Source: an uncultured delta proteobacterium
Lineage (GTDB): Bacteria; Myxococcota_A; Polyangia; Haliangiales; Haliangiaceae
Direction of reading: 5' to 3'
Assembly: GCA_963848295.1 (NCBI GenBank)
Contig: CAWKDB010000002.1
Span: forward strand, 416,001 to 480,000
DNA length: 64,000 bases
Shown here: positions 10,258 through 20,933 of the stretch, piece after piece
Layout: every line of letters starts with the position of its first letter
How positions within the stretch are numbered: the first letter of the stretch is position 1
Notes under the pieces: model-generated
Seen by the model: only the letters and a program-made list of their open reading frames with translations
Database searches by the model: none
What the model was told of the DNA's origin: nothing
Program-made: the position numbers and the translations under genes

Positions 10258-13200
10258 CTAGACCGTCGCGAGCCACGTGCGCGCGTTGCGAAACATCCGC
10301 ATCCACGGGCTGTCTTCGCCCCACTCGCGCGGGTGCCAGCTGAGCTGGACCGTGCGGAACACGCGCTCGGGGTGCGGCATGATCGCCGTGATCCGGCCAT
10401 CCGGTGACGTGACCGCGGCGATGCCTCGCGGCGAGCCGTTCGGGTTCGCCGGATATTGCTCGGTGACGACGCCGCGACCATCGCAAAATCGCGCCGCGAC
10501 CAAGTGCTGCGCTTCGAGCGCCGCGAGGTGATCCGCGTCGAGCTCGGCGCGACCTTCCCCGTGCGCGTTCGCGACCGGCAGCCACGATCCCGCCATGCCG
10601 CGGAGCAACACCGACGGGCTCTCCTCGATCTTGAGCAACACGAGCCGCGCCTCGAACCGCTCGCTGCGATTCTTGACGAACCGCGGCCAGCTCGCCCGCG
10701 TCGCCGGCACGAGCTCGGGCGCGAGCTCGGCGATCATCTGGCAGCCATTGCACACGCCGAGCACGAACGTGTTGCCGCGATCGACCAGCGCGCGCATCGC
10801 ATCGCTCGCGCGCTCGTTGTAGCGGAACGTCGACGCCCAGCCGCGGCCGGCGCCGAGCACATCGCCGAACGAGAAGCCGCCGCACGCGATGAGGCCGGCG
10901 CAGTCACGCAGATCGGCGCGGCCTTCGATCAGGTCGGTCATGTGGACATCGACCGCATCGAACCCGGCGCGCGTGAACGCCGCAGCCATCTCGGTCTGGC
11001 CGTTGACGCCCTGCTCTCGCACGATCGCGACCCGCGGCCGCGCGCCTGTCGCGATGTGCGGCGCGGCGATATCCTCGCTGGGATCGAACGTGACGTGCGC
11101 GCCGAGGCCGGCGTGGTCCGGATCGACACGCGTCGCGGCTTCGGCGTCGGCGCAGGCCGCGTCGTCGCGCCGGCGTGCGATCTGATGGGTGACGTACGAC
11201 CAGCGCGCCCGCAACGCCGACAGCGGCGCGGCGATCACCGGCGACCCGGCATGGACGACCCGCACGTGGCCGTCGCGCGTCGTCTGACCGATCGCGTGCA
11301 CGACGAGCCCGGCGGCAGACAGCACGGCGCGGACGTGGGCGGCGCGGTCCGGCGCGACCTCGACGATCGCGCCGAGCTCCTCGGCGAACAACGCGCGAAA
11401 CGGGTCGGCATCGACCGCGGTGACGTCGAGGTCCAAGCCACACCGCCCGGCGAACGCGATCTCGAGCGCGGTGACGATCGCGCCGCCGTCCGAGCGGTCG
11501 TGATAGGCGGTGATCGCGCGGTCGGCGACGAGCTGCTGGATCGCGCCGTAGAAGCGATGCAACTGGCGCGGCTGATCGACGTCGGGCGGCGCGTCGCCGA
11601 GCCGACCGTAGACTTGCGCGAGGCAACTGCCGCCGAGGCGATGCTGGTTCGATAGCTCGATCAGCAGCAACTCGCCACCGCGCGGCTCCGGCGTGACCGC
11701 GAGCCGGACGTCGTTGCACGGTCCGAACGCCGTGACGACGAGCGTGACCGGCGACGCGACGACGTTGCCGTTCCACCGCGTCGCCATCGAGGTCGAGTCT
11801 TTGCCGACCGGGATCGCGAGCCCGAGCGCGACCGCGAAGTCACTCGCCGCGCGCACCGCGTCGTACAGCCTCGCGTCTTCGCCAGCCGTGCCGACCGCGG
11901 CCATCCAGTTGCACGACAGCTTGACCCGGCCGAGCGGGCCGATCGGCGCCGCCGCGAGGTTCGTGATCGCCTCGCCGATCGCCAGCCGCGACGCCGCCGC
12001 CGCATCGAGCAGCGCGACCGGCGACCGTTCGCCGATCGCCATCACCTCGCCGGCGTAGCCGACATAGTCCGCGAGCGTCAGCGCGCAATCGGCGACCGGT
12101 ACCTGAAACGGCCCGACCATCGGATCGCGCGCGACGAGCCCGCCGACCGTGCGATCGCCGATCGCGATCAAGAACGTCTTGTCGGCGACCGTCGGCAGCC
12201 CGAGCACACCATCGAGCGCCTGCGCGATCGTCTCGCCGCCGAGCTCGAGCGCCTCGCGCGCCGGCCTCGCCGCGGCCCACGTCCGCGTTTGCTTCGGCGG
12301 GTTACCGAAGATCAGGTCGAGCGGGACGTCCACCGCCGGCTCGCCACGACCGGCGACGCGCAGCTGGCCGTCGTTCGTCGCGGTGCCGAGCCGGGCCCAC
12401 GGGGCTCGCTCGCGCGCACACAGGGCCGCGAAGTCCTCGAGCCGGTCGGGCGCGATCGCGAGCATGTAGCGCTCTTGCGCCTCGTTGCACCACAGCTCGA
12501 GCGGCGACAGATCCGGCTCTCCGGTCGGGATCGCGCGCAGGTCGACGAGCGCGCCGAGCCCGGCGTCGTGCACGATCTCGGGCAGCGCGTTCGACAGCCC
12601 GCCGGCGCCGACGTCGTGGATCGACAGGATCGGATTGTGCTCGCCCTGCCCCCAGCAGCGATCGATCACCTCTTGGCAGCGGCGTTCGATCTCCGCGTTG
12701 TCGCGCTGGACCGATGCGAAGTCGAGCTCCTCGGCCTGGGCGCCCTGCGCGACCGACGAGGCCGCACCGCCGCCGAGTCCGATCAGAAACGCCGGGCCAC
12801 CGAGCACGACGAGCGCGGCCCCGGCAGGGATCGGCGCCTTCGCGATGTCGCCCGCGCGGATCGCGCCGATGCCGCCGGCGAGCATCACCGGCTTGTGATA
12901 GCCGCGCACGAAACCCGCGCGCTCGGCGTGCTCGAACGCGCGAAAGTAGCCGAGGATCGCCGGGCGGCCGAACTCGTTGTTGTAGGCGGCAGCGCCGAGC
13001 GGCGCTTCGATCATGATGTCGAGCGCGCTCGCGATCCGATCCGGCTTGCCGATCCAGTCGCCGTGCTCCCAGCGCTCGAGCGCCCCGGGCAGGCGAAGGT
13101 TCGATACCGAGAAACCCACGAGCCCCGCCTTGGGCTTGCCGCCACGCCCGGTCGCGCCTTCGTCGCGCAGCTCGCCGCCCGAGCCGGTCGCCGCGCCCGC

Positions 13201-14112
13201 GAACGGGGAGATAGCCGTTGGATGATTGTGAGTCTCGACCTTGCCGAGGATGTGCGATGGCTCGACGTGCGCGCGATAGATACCGTGCGCGTCGGGGAAC
13301 AAGCGCGCCGCCGCATGCCCTTCGATCACGGCAGCGTTGTCTTTGTAGGCGGACAGCACCCCATCGGGCGCGGCTTCGGCGGTGCGCTTGATCCACTGGA
13401 ACAACGATCGGTCTTGCTTCGCCTTATCGACATACCAATCGGCGTTGAACACCTTGTGACGGCAGTGCTCGCTGTTCGCCTGGGCGAACATCATCAGCTC
13501 GACGTCGGTCGGGTCGCGCCGCAGCTCGAGGTAGCGGGCCGCGAGATACGCGATCTCGTCGTCGGCGAGCGCGAGCCCGAGCCGCGCGCTGGCGGCGCGT
13601 AACGCAGCGCTCGGATCGCCGCCGAGCTTGACGTGCGCGAGCGGGCGCGGCTCGCCCGCCGCCGCGACCACGCGCTCGAGCTCGGCTTCGCGCACGATCA
13701 CGCTCTCGGTCATCCGATCCGCGAGCGCCGCGCCGATCGCGGCCGAATCGCCGATCCCGGTGAACGTCCACTCGGTCGCGCGCTCGATCCGCGCGATCGC
13801 CGCGAGCCCGCAGACGTGCGCGATGTCGGTCGCCTTCGATGACCACGGCGACGTCGTGCCGATCCGTGGCGCGACCCAGAACGCCATCCCGGTACGCAGT
13901 CCGAGTCGGGAGCCCGGATCCTCGCTCGGGCCGTACGTCAAGAGCTCGGCGAGTCGGCTCGCTTCGCCGCTATCGAGCGGACGGTCGGCGACGACCAGGT
14001 GGATCCAGCGCGCGTCGATCGCCGAGACCGCCGGCGCCACCCGCTTCGCGGTGACGAGCGCGACGGCGCGGCGAGCTGCGGACAGGGCGGCGCGGCCGGG
14101 GACAACGAGCAC
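10258..14112 (-). CDS. purL: Phosphoribosylformylglycinamidine synthase, large single-chain type
   Basis: FAQANSEHCRHKVFNA, KVETHNHPTAISPF, IHDVGAGGLSNA, GVCNGCQM glutaminase motif, MPHPER. GTG at 14112 is 1 bp after the purC stop. Confidence 0.97.
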   Translation of the reverse strand: MLVVPGRAALSAARRAVALVTAKRVAPAVSAIDARWIHLVVADRPLDSGEASRLAELLTYGPSEDPGSRLGLRTGMAFWVAPRIGTTSPWSSKATDIAHVCGLAAIARIERATEWTFTGIGDSAAIGAALADRMTESVIVREAELERVVAAAGEPRPLAHVKLGGDPSAALRAASARLGLALADDEIAYLAARYLELRRDPTDVELMMFAQANSEHCRHKVFNADWYVDKAKQDRSLFQWIKRTAEAAPDGVLSAYKDNAAVIEGHAAARLFPDAHGIYRAHVEPSHILGKVETHNHPTAISPFAGAATGSGGELRDEGATGRGGKPKAGLVGFSVSNLRLPGALERWEHGDWIGKPDRIASALDIMIEAPLGAAAYNNEFGRPAILGYFRAFEHAERAGFVRGYHKPVMLAGGIGAIRAGDIAKAPIPAGAALVVLGGPAFLIGLGGGAASSVAQGAQAEELDFASVQRDNAEIERRCQEVIDRCWGQGEHNPILSIHDVGAGGLSNALPEIVHDAGLGALVDLRAIPTGEPDLSPLELWCNEAQERYMLAIAPDRLEDFAALCARERAPWARLGTATNDGQLRVAGRGEPAVDVPLDLIFGNPPKQTRTWAAARPAREALELGGETIAQALDGVLGLPTVADKTFLIAIGDRTVGGLVARDPMVGPFQVPVADCALTLADYVGYAGEVMAIGERSPVALLDAAAASRLAIGEAITNLAAAPIGPLGRVKLSCNWMAAVGTAGEDARLYDAVRAASDFAVALGLAIPVGKDSTSMATRWNGNVVASPVTLVVTAFGPCNDVRLAVTPEPRGGELLLIELSNQHRLGGSCLAQVYGRLGDAPPDVDQPRQLHRFYGAIQQLVADRAITAYHDRSDGGAIVTALEIAFAGRCGLDLDVTAVDADPFRALFAEELGAIVEVAPDRAAHVRAVLSAAGLVVHAIGQTTRDGHVRVVHAGSPVIAAPLSALRARWSYVTHQIARRRDDAACADAEAATRVDPDHAGLGAHVTFDPSEDIAAPHIATGARPRVAIVREQGVNGQTEMAAAFTRAGFDAVDVHMTDLIEGRADLRDCAGLIACGGFSFGDVLGAGRGWASTFRYNERASDAMRALVDRGNTFVLGVCNGCQMIAELAPELVPATRASWPRFVKNRSERFEARLVLLKIEESPSVLLRGMAGSWLPVANAHGEGRAELDADHLAALEAQHLVAARFCDGRGVVTEQYPANPNGSPRGIAAVTSPDGRITAIMPHPERVFRTVQLSWHPREWGEDSPWMRMFRNARTWLATV

Positions 14113-14113
14113 G

Positions 14114-15100
14114 TCAGGTTCCCTGCAGCGCCGCGGCGATCCTCGCGACCGGCGGGCGCGCATCGGGCTCGAACGCCTTGCCGGTGACCAGCTCGTAGCT
14201 CGTGATGTAGCGCCGCGCCGCTTCGACCCGAACGTCATCGGGCATCACCGGCGGAGGGCCGTCGCCGGTCCACTTGGCTTCGCCGGCGAGCCAGCGCCGC
14301 ACGTACTCCTTGTCGAGGCTGCGCGGTTCTTCGCCGCGGGCGAGCCGCGCTTCGTAGTCGTCCGCGTACCAGTAGCGCGAGGAATCGGGCGTGTGGATCT
14401 CGTCGATCACGGTGAGCGTGCCATCGGGCGCCAAGCCCATCTCGTACTTGGTGTCCGCGAGGATCAGGCCCTGGTGCGCCGCGTGCGCCTGCCCTGCCGC
14501 GAACAGCTTCGCCGCGAGCGCGGCCGCGCGCTCGAACAGCGCCGGCTCGATCCGGCCCATCGCGAGCAGCTCGTCCTTCGACACCGACACATCGTGATCG
14601 CCCTTGGCCGCCTTGGTCGACGGCGTCAGGATCGCGTGCGGCAGCGCCTGGTTCTTGCGCATCCCCTCGGGCAACGCGTGGCCGCAGAACGTCCGCGCAC
14701 CCGCCTCGTACGCTTTCCAGATCGAGGTCGACGTCACGCCGGTCAGGTACGCGCGCATCACGAGCTCGACCGGCAGCGGCTTGCACTCGCGCGCGATCAT
14801 CACGTTCGGATCGGGCGCTCGCACCATGTGGTTCGGCGCGATCGCGATCGTGTGCTCGAACCAGAACTGCGCGAGCTGGTTGAGCACCTGACCCTTGAAC
14901 GGGATCGTGCCGACGACGGCATCGAACGCGCTCAACCGATCGGTCACGACGATCACTCGCTCGCCGCGCTCTTTGTCGATGAAGCAATCGCGAACCTTGC
15001 CGTCGTAGCGCGGCAGCGTGCGACCGGCGAGCGCGGTGAACGGCACGCGATCGAGCGTCTGGCGGAGCTGAGCGCGCAGCTGTGAATCGGGGTTGCTCAT
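14114..15100 (-). CDS. purC: Phosphoribosylaminoimidazolesuccinocarboxamide (SAICAR) synthase
   Basis: [55 protein letters not shown]. The ATG overlaps the purB stop (ATGA). Confidence 0.96.
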   Translation of the reverse strand: MSNPDSQLRAQLRQTLDRVPFTALAGRTLPRYDGKVRDCFIDKERGERVIVVTDRLSAFDAVVGTIPFKGQVLNQLAQFWFEHTIAIAPNHMVRAPDPNVMIARECKPLPVELVMRAYLTGVTSTSIWKAYEAGARTFCGHALPEGMRKNQALPHAILTPSTKAAKGDHDVSVSKDELLAMGRIEPALFERAAALAAKLFAAGQAHAAHQGLILADTKYEMGLAPDGTLTVIDEIHTPDSSRYWYADDYEARLARGEEPRSLDKEYVRRWLAGEAKWTGDGPPPVMPDDVRVEAARRYITSYELVTGKAFEPDARPPVARIAAALQGT

Positions 15101-16432
15101 GAGGCTCCTAGCGCACGCCGCATGATCTCCGGCGCGTACCGCAGGTGATGTTGGAGATCGAAGCATGCATCGAGCTGCGCCGGCGTCATACGTTGCGCGA
15201 TCTCGGCGTCGGCCCCGAGCAGCTCGCGGAAGCGGCCCGGCCGCGCTCCGGTCTCGCCGACCGCGGCGGCCTCGTTGATCGCGGCGAGCGCGTTGCGTTG
15301 CACCATCACGTACGCGTCTTGGCGGGCCAGCCCGGTCTGCACGAGCGCCAGGAGCACCGCCTCGGAGAAGTACAATCCGCCGGTGCGATCGAGATTCGAT
15401 CCGCATCCGCTCTTTGTGCACGACGAGCCCGCCGACCAACGTCGTCGCGCGCGCGAGCATGAAGTCGGCGAGGATCGTCGCGTCGGGCATCGCGACGCGC
15501 TCGACGCTGGAGTGCGAGATGTCGCGTTCATGCCACAGCGCCACATCTTCGAGCCCGGCGCCCGCGTAGGACCGCAGCAAGCGGGCCAGGCCGGTCAGGT
15601 TCTCGCTCAGGATCGGATTCTTCTTGTGCGGCATCGCGGACGAGCCCTTCTGGCCTTTGCCGAACCCCTCTTCGGCTTCGCCGACCTCGGTGCGCTGCCA
15701 ATGGCGAACGCCGAGCGCGATCTGCTCGATCGCGGTGCCGAGCAAGGCCAGCGCGCACAGCACCTCGGCGTGACGATCGCGCGCGACGATCTGGGTCGCG
15801 ACCGTCTCCGCGCGCAACCCGAGCACGCCGAGCGCCTTCGCCTCGATCGCCGGCTCGAGGTTGCCGTAGATGCCGACCGCACCCGCGAGCTTGCCGACCG
15901 CGATCGCGTGCCTCGCGCGGTGCAACCGCTCTCGGCTGCGCGCGACCTCGGCGTGCCAGCGCGCGAACACCAAGCCGGCAGTGATCGGCTCGGCGTGGAT
16001 GCCGTGCGAGCGCCCGATCATCGGCGTGCGAGCGTGCTCTTGCGCGCGGTGCGCGAGCGCCGCGAGCAGTGACGCACAGCCTTTGTCGATCGCCTCGAGG
16101 GCGCGCACGGTCTGGATCGCGAGCGTCGTATCGAGCACGTCGGACGAGGTCATGCCGAGATGGAGCCAGCGCGCGGGCTCGCCGGCGAGCTCCTCGACGT
16201 GAGTGAGGAACGCGATCACGTCGTGGCGCGTCGTCGCTTCGATCGCGCTGATCCGGTCGGGATCGAGCTGGCCCTCCGCCGCGGTGCGCACCGTCGCCGC
16301 CGTGCCGGCCGGCACCCGGCCCATGCTCTCCATCGCCTCGCAGGCCGCGAGCTCGACCTCGAGCCAGAGCTCGACGCGGTGCTTGTCATCCCACAAGGCG
16401 GCGAGCTCGGGTCGAGAGTACCGTCCGATCAC
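15097..16432 (-). CDS. purB: Adenylosuccinate lyase, with an apparent single-base frameshift near 15400
   Basis: [50 protein letters not shown]. The C-terminus ([18 protein letters not shown]...AYVMVQRNA) continues in another frame to the stop at 15097. Confidence 0.92.
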
Positions 16433-16454
16433 GACGGGACCCTTGTACCACGCG

Positions 16455-16850
16455 TTACCGCGCGATGAACCAGATCGCGAGAGCGACCAGCGCCGCGATG
16501 ATCACCGCGACGCAACCCCAGATGATGTTGTCGTGCGTTCGGCGGGCACGGGCTTGCACCGGATCGCGTGGCGCGGCGAGAAATCCCAGATTCGCCGGCT
16601 TCGGCGGCTCGGTCGCGGGCCGCAGCGTCACTTTCGGGGCGGGACGCTCGAGCGCTTGCTTCGCCGGCTGATCGGCGGCGTGCGGCGTCTTCATCGACAT
16701 CACGCGGATCTGTGCGCTGCTCGTCAGGCCCGGGATGGCATCGGCGCGGCGCACCGCGGTCGGTGGCTCGAGATCGACATCGGTGTCGCGCACCGGCGGC
16801 CGCGCCGGAGGGATCGGCGGCGGCTTCGTCGTCGAACGCTTCGCGCTCAT
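16455..16850 (-). CDS. Hypothetical Pro-rich protein with C-terminal TM anchor
   Basis: Co-oriented ORF between dut and purB; hydrophobic C-terminal helix. Confidence 0.7.
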   Translation of the reverse strand: MSAKRSTTKPPPIPPARPPVRDTDVDLEPPTAVRRADAIPGLTSSAQIRVMSMKTPHAADQPAKQALERPAPKVTLRPATEPPKPANLGFLAAPRDPVQARARRTHDNIIWGCVAVIIAALVALAIWFIAR

Positions 16851-16853
16851 CGC

Positions 16854-17294
16854 CTAGCGGCCCGTCGATCCGAAGCCACCCGCACCGCGGCCCGACGGTG
16901 GCAACTCGTCGACGACGACGAATTCGGCGCGCACGACCGGCGCGACCACGAGCTGCGCGATCCGTTGGTTCGGCTCGATCGTGACCGAGGTCGGCCCGAG
17001 GTTGATGAGCAGCACCACGATCTCGCCACGAAAATCGGCGTCGACGGTTCCAGGCGCGTTGACGACGGTGATGCCATGGTCACGGGCGAGCCCGGAGCGC
17101 GGCCGAACTTGGGCTTCGTAGTCCGCGGGCAACGCGATCGCGAGCCCGGTGGGAATCGCCACACGCTCGTGCCGCGCGACCTCGAACGGAGCGTCGATCG
17201 CGGCGCACAGATCGACGCCGGCGGCGTGGTCCGTCATGTAGCGCGGCACGACGGCGTCGGGTCGCACCTTGCGAACTTGCACCCGGACGCTCAT
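16854..17294 (-). CDS. dut: dUTP diphosphatase
   Basis: [48 protein letters not shown] at 17294. Confidence 0.97.
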   Translation of the reverse strand: MSVRVQVRKVRPDAVVPRYMTDHAAGVDLCAAIDAPFEVARHERVAIPTGLAIALPADYEAQVRPRSGLARDHGITVVNAPGTVDADFRGEIVVLLINLGPTSVTIEPNQRIAQLVVAPVVRAEFVVVDELPPSGRGAGGFGSTGR

Positions 17295-17323
17295 CGCGCG
17301 CCATCGTAGCGCAGATCGGCCCG

Positions 17324-19339
17324 CTATTCGGCGGCGAGGCCGGCGAAGCACGCGATCGCGTCGGGACTCTCCCAGTCTCGGCTATTCGCGAAGTAGTAGC
17401 GGACGATGCCTTTGCGATCGATGACGTAGCTCTCGGGCAGCAGGTTGGTGCCCCACGTCGTGGTGATCGGCCCGATGTTCGATTCGCCAATAGGTGGATC
17501 GAGCACGATCGGATACGGCATGGACCTGCCGAGCTCCTTGCGCACGACCTTCGCGTCACTGTCGGAGAACACCGTGACCGGGACGAGCCCCGGGACCGCG
17601 CTCGCGAGCGCCGCGAGCTGATCGCGATGCGCCTCGGCCGGCCTGCACCAGCTCGCGTCGAACGTGACGATCGCGAGCGCGCCGCGCACGAACGCGAGCC
17701 GAAACCCGGAGCCGTCGAGTTGCCGCGCGATCAGCTCGGGTGCGCGCTTGCCGAGCAGCGGCGACGTCGGATCGGGGTGCAGCCGCGCGCACGCGCTCGC
17801 GCGTGGGGACAACCGAGGCATCTCGACCGTGAACACCATCTCGTGCTTCGGCAAGATCGTGATGTCGGACGCCACGAGCCACAGCCCGCCTTGGCTCGGC
17901 ACGGTGCGGACCGGGATGCTGGTCGACGTCTCGAGCTTCACGCCGGCCAGCTGTTGCAGCTCGATTCCGCTCTGGTACGAGCCGAACGGCAGGTCGAGCG
18001 AGAACGCCGCCTGTCCGCCGACCGCCGGCAACTCGAAGAGCACCGCGATCGTCGCGCCACCGGGTGGCACCGGTCGCGCGAGGTGCAGGCCGCTCGGGGT
18101 CGCGACCACGCCGAGCCCGCTGTCGTTGCCGACCTCCGCCTTCGCAAACCCCTTCGGCAACGGGAGGTCATCGTCGATGCGTTTCGGCGCCCACGCGTTA
18201 TTCGCGAGCTTGATCAGCATCTGGACGTCGAGCACCGGATCGATCGGATCGAGCTTCAACGAATAGGTCGCGAGCGTGCGCGGGTAGACGTAGAGCGAGA
18301 CCTTCGTGCCGGTCGAGTCGAGCGCGAGAAAGGGCAGCGAGCGATAGCGCGTCGCATGGAGCGTCGCCTGCGCGTACATGACCTCGCCACGGCTCGGCGT
18401 CACGCGGAGCTCGACCTGCTGGGCTTTCGCCGCGCGCGTCGCGTGAGCCACGACTTTGCCGGTCGCGGCATCGACGAGCTCGATCTCCGCGACCTCCTCG
18501 CCCGGCACGCCTTCGAGCTTGACGCGAACGCGGCCGGCCGGGACTCGCTCTTGCTTCTCGAGCTTGTCGAGGTCGTCGACCGCAGGGGTCCTCGCGTCGC
18601 GACGGTCGGCCGATAGGATCAACCGTTGCCCCGCCTTTGCGTCGAACGTCGTCGGGCGCGCGACGAGCCGATCGATCTTGCCGTTGCGCGGCAACATCGC
18701 CAACGCGATGTACGCGGTCGCGCCGGTAACGTCGAGCTGGGTGAAGGTCGCAACGCCGAGCGCGTCGGTCATCGCGCTCGACGCGGTGATCGAGTCGTCG
18801 GCGCTGTAACCGACGAGCGAGACCGCGACGCCCGCGGGCGGCTTCACGTCTGCGAGGTCGTCGTAGGTGAGGTGGACCGCGAGCGTGCCCGGGGCGGTCG
18901 CGTCGTCGACCGTGGCGCCGGTGTCCAGGCCTCGCGGGTGCATGGCCAAAACGGCGGAGCCTCGCGGCGGCACACCTAGATCCTCTCGCCACGGAGCGGC
19001 CGTCAACATGACGCGCACGCCGCCGGACGGCGGTACGACGAAGTCGTCGGACGCCTCGGCCTTGCCCGATCGCGCGATCACGTGAGCGCCCGATCGCACA
19101 TGATCGAACGTCGCCCGCCCGGTCTTGTCGGTGACCGCGAACCGCTCGACACCGTCGACCGCGAGCTTCGCGGTCACGCCGATCACCGGGCTCGCGATGT
19201 CGCCGTCGAGCACGCGCACGACGACCGTGCCGTCCGGCAGGTCCGTCGTCAGCAACGGCTTGCCAAGCGCCGACGCGGGTTGTGCCGCCGCGCCCGCGGC
19301 CAGTGAAACGACGACGGCGACGACGATCGCGTTACGCAT
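17324..19339 (-). CDS. Secreted protein with beta-sandwich domains and C-terminal TlpA/redoxin-like domain
   Basis: Signal peptide from MRNAIVV. The C-terminus has LLGKRAPEL, VTFDASWCRPA, PIVLDP and LPESYVIDRKGIVRY. Confidence 0.75.
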   Translation of the reverse strand: MRNAIVVAVVVSLAAGAAAQPASALGKPLLTTDLPDGTVVVRVLDGDIASPVIGVTAKLAVDGVERFAVTDKTGRATFDHVRSGAHVIARSGKAEASDDFVVPPSGGVRVMLTAAPWREDLGVPPRGSAVLAMHPRGLDTGATVDDATAPGTLAVHLTYDDLADVKPPAGVAVSLVGYSADDSITASSAMTDALGVATFTQLDVTGATAYIALAMLPRNGKIDRLVARPTTFDAKAGQRLILSADRRDARTPAVDDLDKLEKQERVPAGRVRVKLEGVPGEEVAEIELVDAATGKVVAHATRAAKAQQVELRVTPSRGEVMYAQATLHATRYRSLPFLALDSTGTKVSLYVYPRTLATYSLKLDPIDPVLDVQMLIKLANNAWAPKRIDDDLPLPKGFAKAEVGNDSGLGVVATPSGLHLARPVPPGGATIAVLFELPAVGGQAAFSLDLPFGSYQSGIELQQLAGVKLETSTSIPVRTVPSQGGLWLVASDITILPKHEMVFTVEMPRLSPRASACARLHPDPTSPLLGKRAPELIARQLDGSGFRLAFVRGALAIVTFDASWCRPAEAHRDQLAALASAVPGLVPVTVFSDSDAKVVRKELGRSMPYPIVLDPPIGESNIGPITTTWGTNLLPESYVIDRKGIVRYYFANSRDWESPDAIACFAGLAAE

Positions 19340-19374
19340 CGCGCGAGCTGTAGCAGATTTCTCGCGCCGTGCGG

Positions 19375-20391
19375 TCAATGCTTCGACTGGGTGTCCGCTT
19401 CAGTGATCCGCGCCTCGACGCGCGGGTCCAGGCGCAGCCCATCGCGCACGCTCGCCTCGAGCGACGGGAGATCGAGCGAGCCCGGCGGACCTCGCCAGCC
19501 GCTGCCGGATCGCTGCAGGCGCTCGTTGAGCGGCGTGTGAACGCCGCCCATTCGACCGATCAGCACGACCTCGCCGTTGAGATAGTCGGTCTCGAGCGCA
19601 CGGCCGCGCGCGACGCTCTGCCAGGTCGAGCCGCCGCTGCGCCGGTCGCCCGCGCTCGGCTGCGCGCGCAGGATCTCGCGCCGCCGTTCGTCGACGTCGT
19701 CGCCGACTCGGGATAGGCCTGCGACTTCCATCGCGACGATCGCCTCGATCCGTGCGTGTGCGACCAGCCGGCTCGCTCGCGCCTCGCGCCCGCACATCGC
19801 TTCGACGATGTTGCCGAGGTTCATCAGCAGCTTCTGGCGCTTCCACGCCATCACGTCCTCGGAGTGCGCGGAGGCATAGCCGGCCGATTCGAACGCCTCG
19901 ACGAGCCGCGGATCGAACGCGGTCGCGCCGTGCGGGAACCTGCCGACCTCGAGGATCCCGCGCACCGGCGCGGCGTACTGGCGTACGACGCCGGCCTCGA
20001 GGTACTCCGCCGGCGACATCACGCACACGCCGACGACCTCTTGGCAGTAGCGCGCGGCGATCCGCTCGGCCTCGAGCCCGTTCGTCAGACACGCGATCGC
20101 GATCGGTGGGGGCGCGCAGCGGTAGAGCTCCGCGAGCGCACCGGCGGCGTCTTGCGTCTTGACCGCGAGCAGCGCGAGATCGCCCACGCGCCACTCGACC
20201 GAGGCGATCGACGGGGCCACCGGCGCGCGGACGGCGACCTCGCCATCGGGCGCGACCAGCCTCAAGCCGTGCGCGCCGATCGCCGCGCCGTGCTCGCCGC
20301 GTGCGACGAACACGACGTCGTGCCCGGCGAGTGCGAGCCTGCCGCCGATCGATCCGCCGATCGCGCCAGCACCGATGACGACAAACCGCAT
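19375..20391 (-). CDS. panE: Ketopantoate reductase family protein (PanE/ApbA)
   Basis: Rossmann motif VIGAGAIGG, LAVKTQD, LTNGL, KLLMNLGN, GGSTWQS, ETDYLNGEVV, TPLN. Confidence 0.85.
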   Translation of the reverse strand: MRFVVIGAGAIGGSIGGRLALAGHDVVFVARGEHGAAIGAHGLRLVAPDGEVAVRAPVAPSIASVEWRVGDLALLAVKTQDAAGALAELYRCAPPPIAIACLTNGLEAERIAARYCQEVVGVCVMSPAEYLEAGVVRQYAAPVRGILEVGRFPHGATAFDPRLVEAFESAGYASAHSEDVMAWKRQKLLMNLGNIVEAMCGREARASRLVAHARIEAIVAMEVAGLSRVGDDVDERRREILRAQPSAGDRRSGGSTWQSVARGRALETDYLNGEVVLIGRMGGVHTPLNERLQRSGSGWRGPPGSLDLPSLEASVRDGLRLDPRVEARITEADTQSKH

Positions 20392-20760
20392 TGGTAGATC
20401 TAACCTTCTCCCGTCGTGGGACGGGTACGATTGAGACCCCCGTTCAAACCGTGCGTGCGGATTTCCCGCACACGGCTTACCGGTGGTCGTTCAGAGCGCG
20501 GCAATTGTGCATTACCGGGGTAGCGGACAGGTCCGAGCAGTTTATGGAGCCCGAGCTCGTGGAAGGCGTGGCGAGTCCATCGCTTCATTTCGCCAGCCCG
20601 CAAGTTCCGTCCTTTGCGTCGACGCATCAGCTTGCGTAGCCGCATCCAGACGTAGCTGTCGACCTGGTTGAATTTTATCGATGCGTTGCCGGTCGCGAAG
20701 TAGCCGCCCCAGCCGCGAATCACTGGATTGATCGTCGCGATCGTCTCGCGAAGATCGTCG
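20390..20760 (-). mobile_element. 5'-truncated group II intron: maturase domain X coding remnant plus ribozyme domains V and VI
   Basis: The minus strand encodes DDLRETIATINPVIRGWGGYFATGNASIKFNQVDSYVWMRLRKLM (domain X). Domain V is AAGCCGTGTGCGGGAAATCCGCACGCACGGTTT (20478-20446). Domain VI is GGGGGTCT...AGATCT-A-CC-AAT with a bulged A. Confidence 0.92.
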
Positions 20761-20929
20761 CACGAACGTCGATCAGGCTCGCTTCTACACGCACGCGCGC
20801 GGCTCCGCGATGGAGGCCGCAGCGGCTTTGGACACGATGCGAATCATGAAGTTGGTCGGCGAGACGACCTACGCGCGCGGCATCGATCCACTTGAAGGCA
20901 TCGTGGCGATGCTCACCAAGATGACCTGA
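20756..20929 (+). pseudogene. C-terminal half of a four-helix-bundle protein (Avd-like / 23S rRNA IVP family), N-terminus deleted
   Basis: Translation RRTNVDQARFYTHARGSAMEAAAALDTMRIMKLV...GIVAMLTKMT* matches the family pattern RF..ARGS..E....L. Not in the ORF track. Confidence 0.75.
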
Positions 20930-20933
20930 TCGG

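Noticed and set aside
14114..16432. 772-aa PurB-PurC fusion protein
   Set aside because: Explained by one extra base near 15400. The true PurB C-terminus is in another frame and purC has its own ATG.
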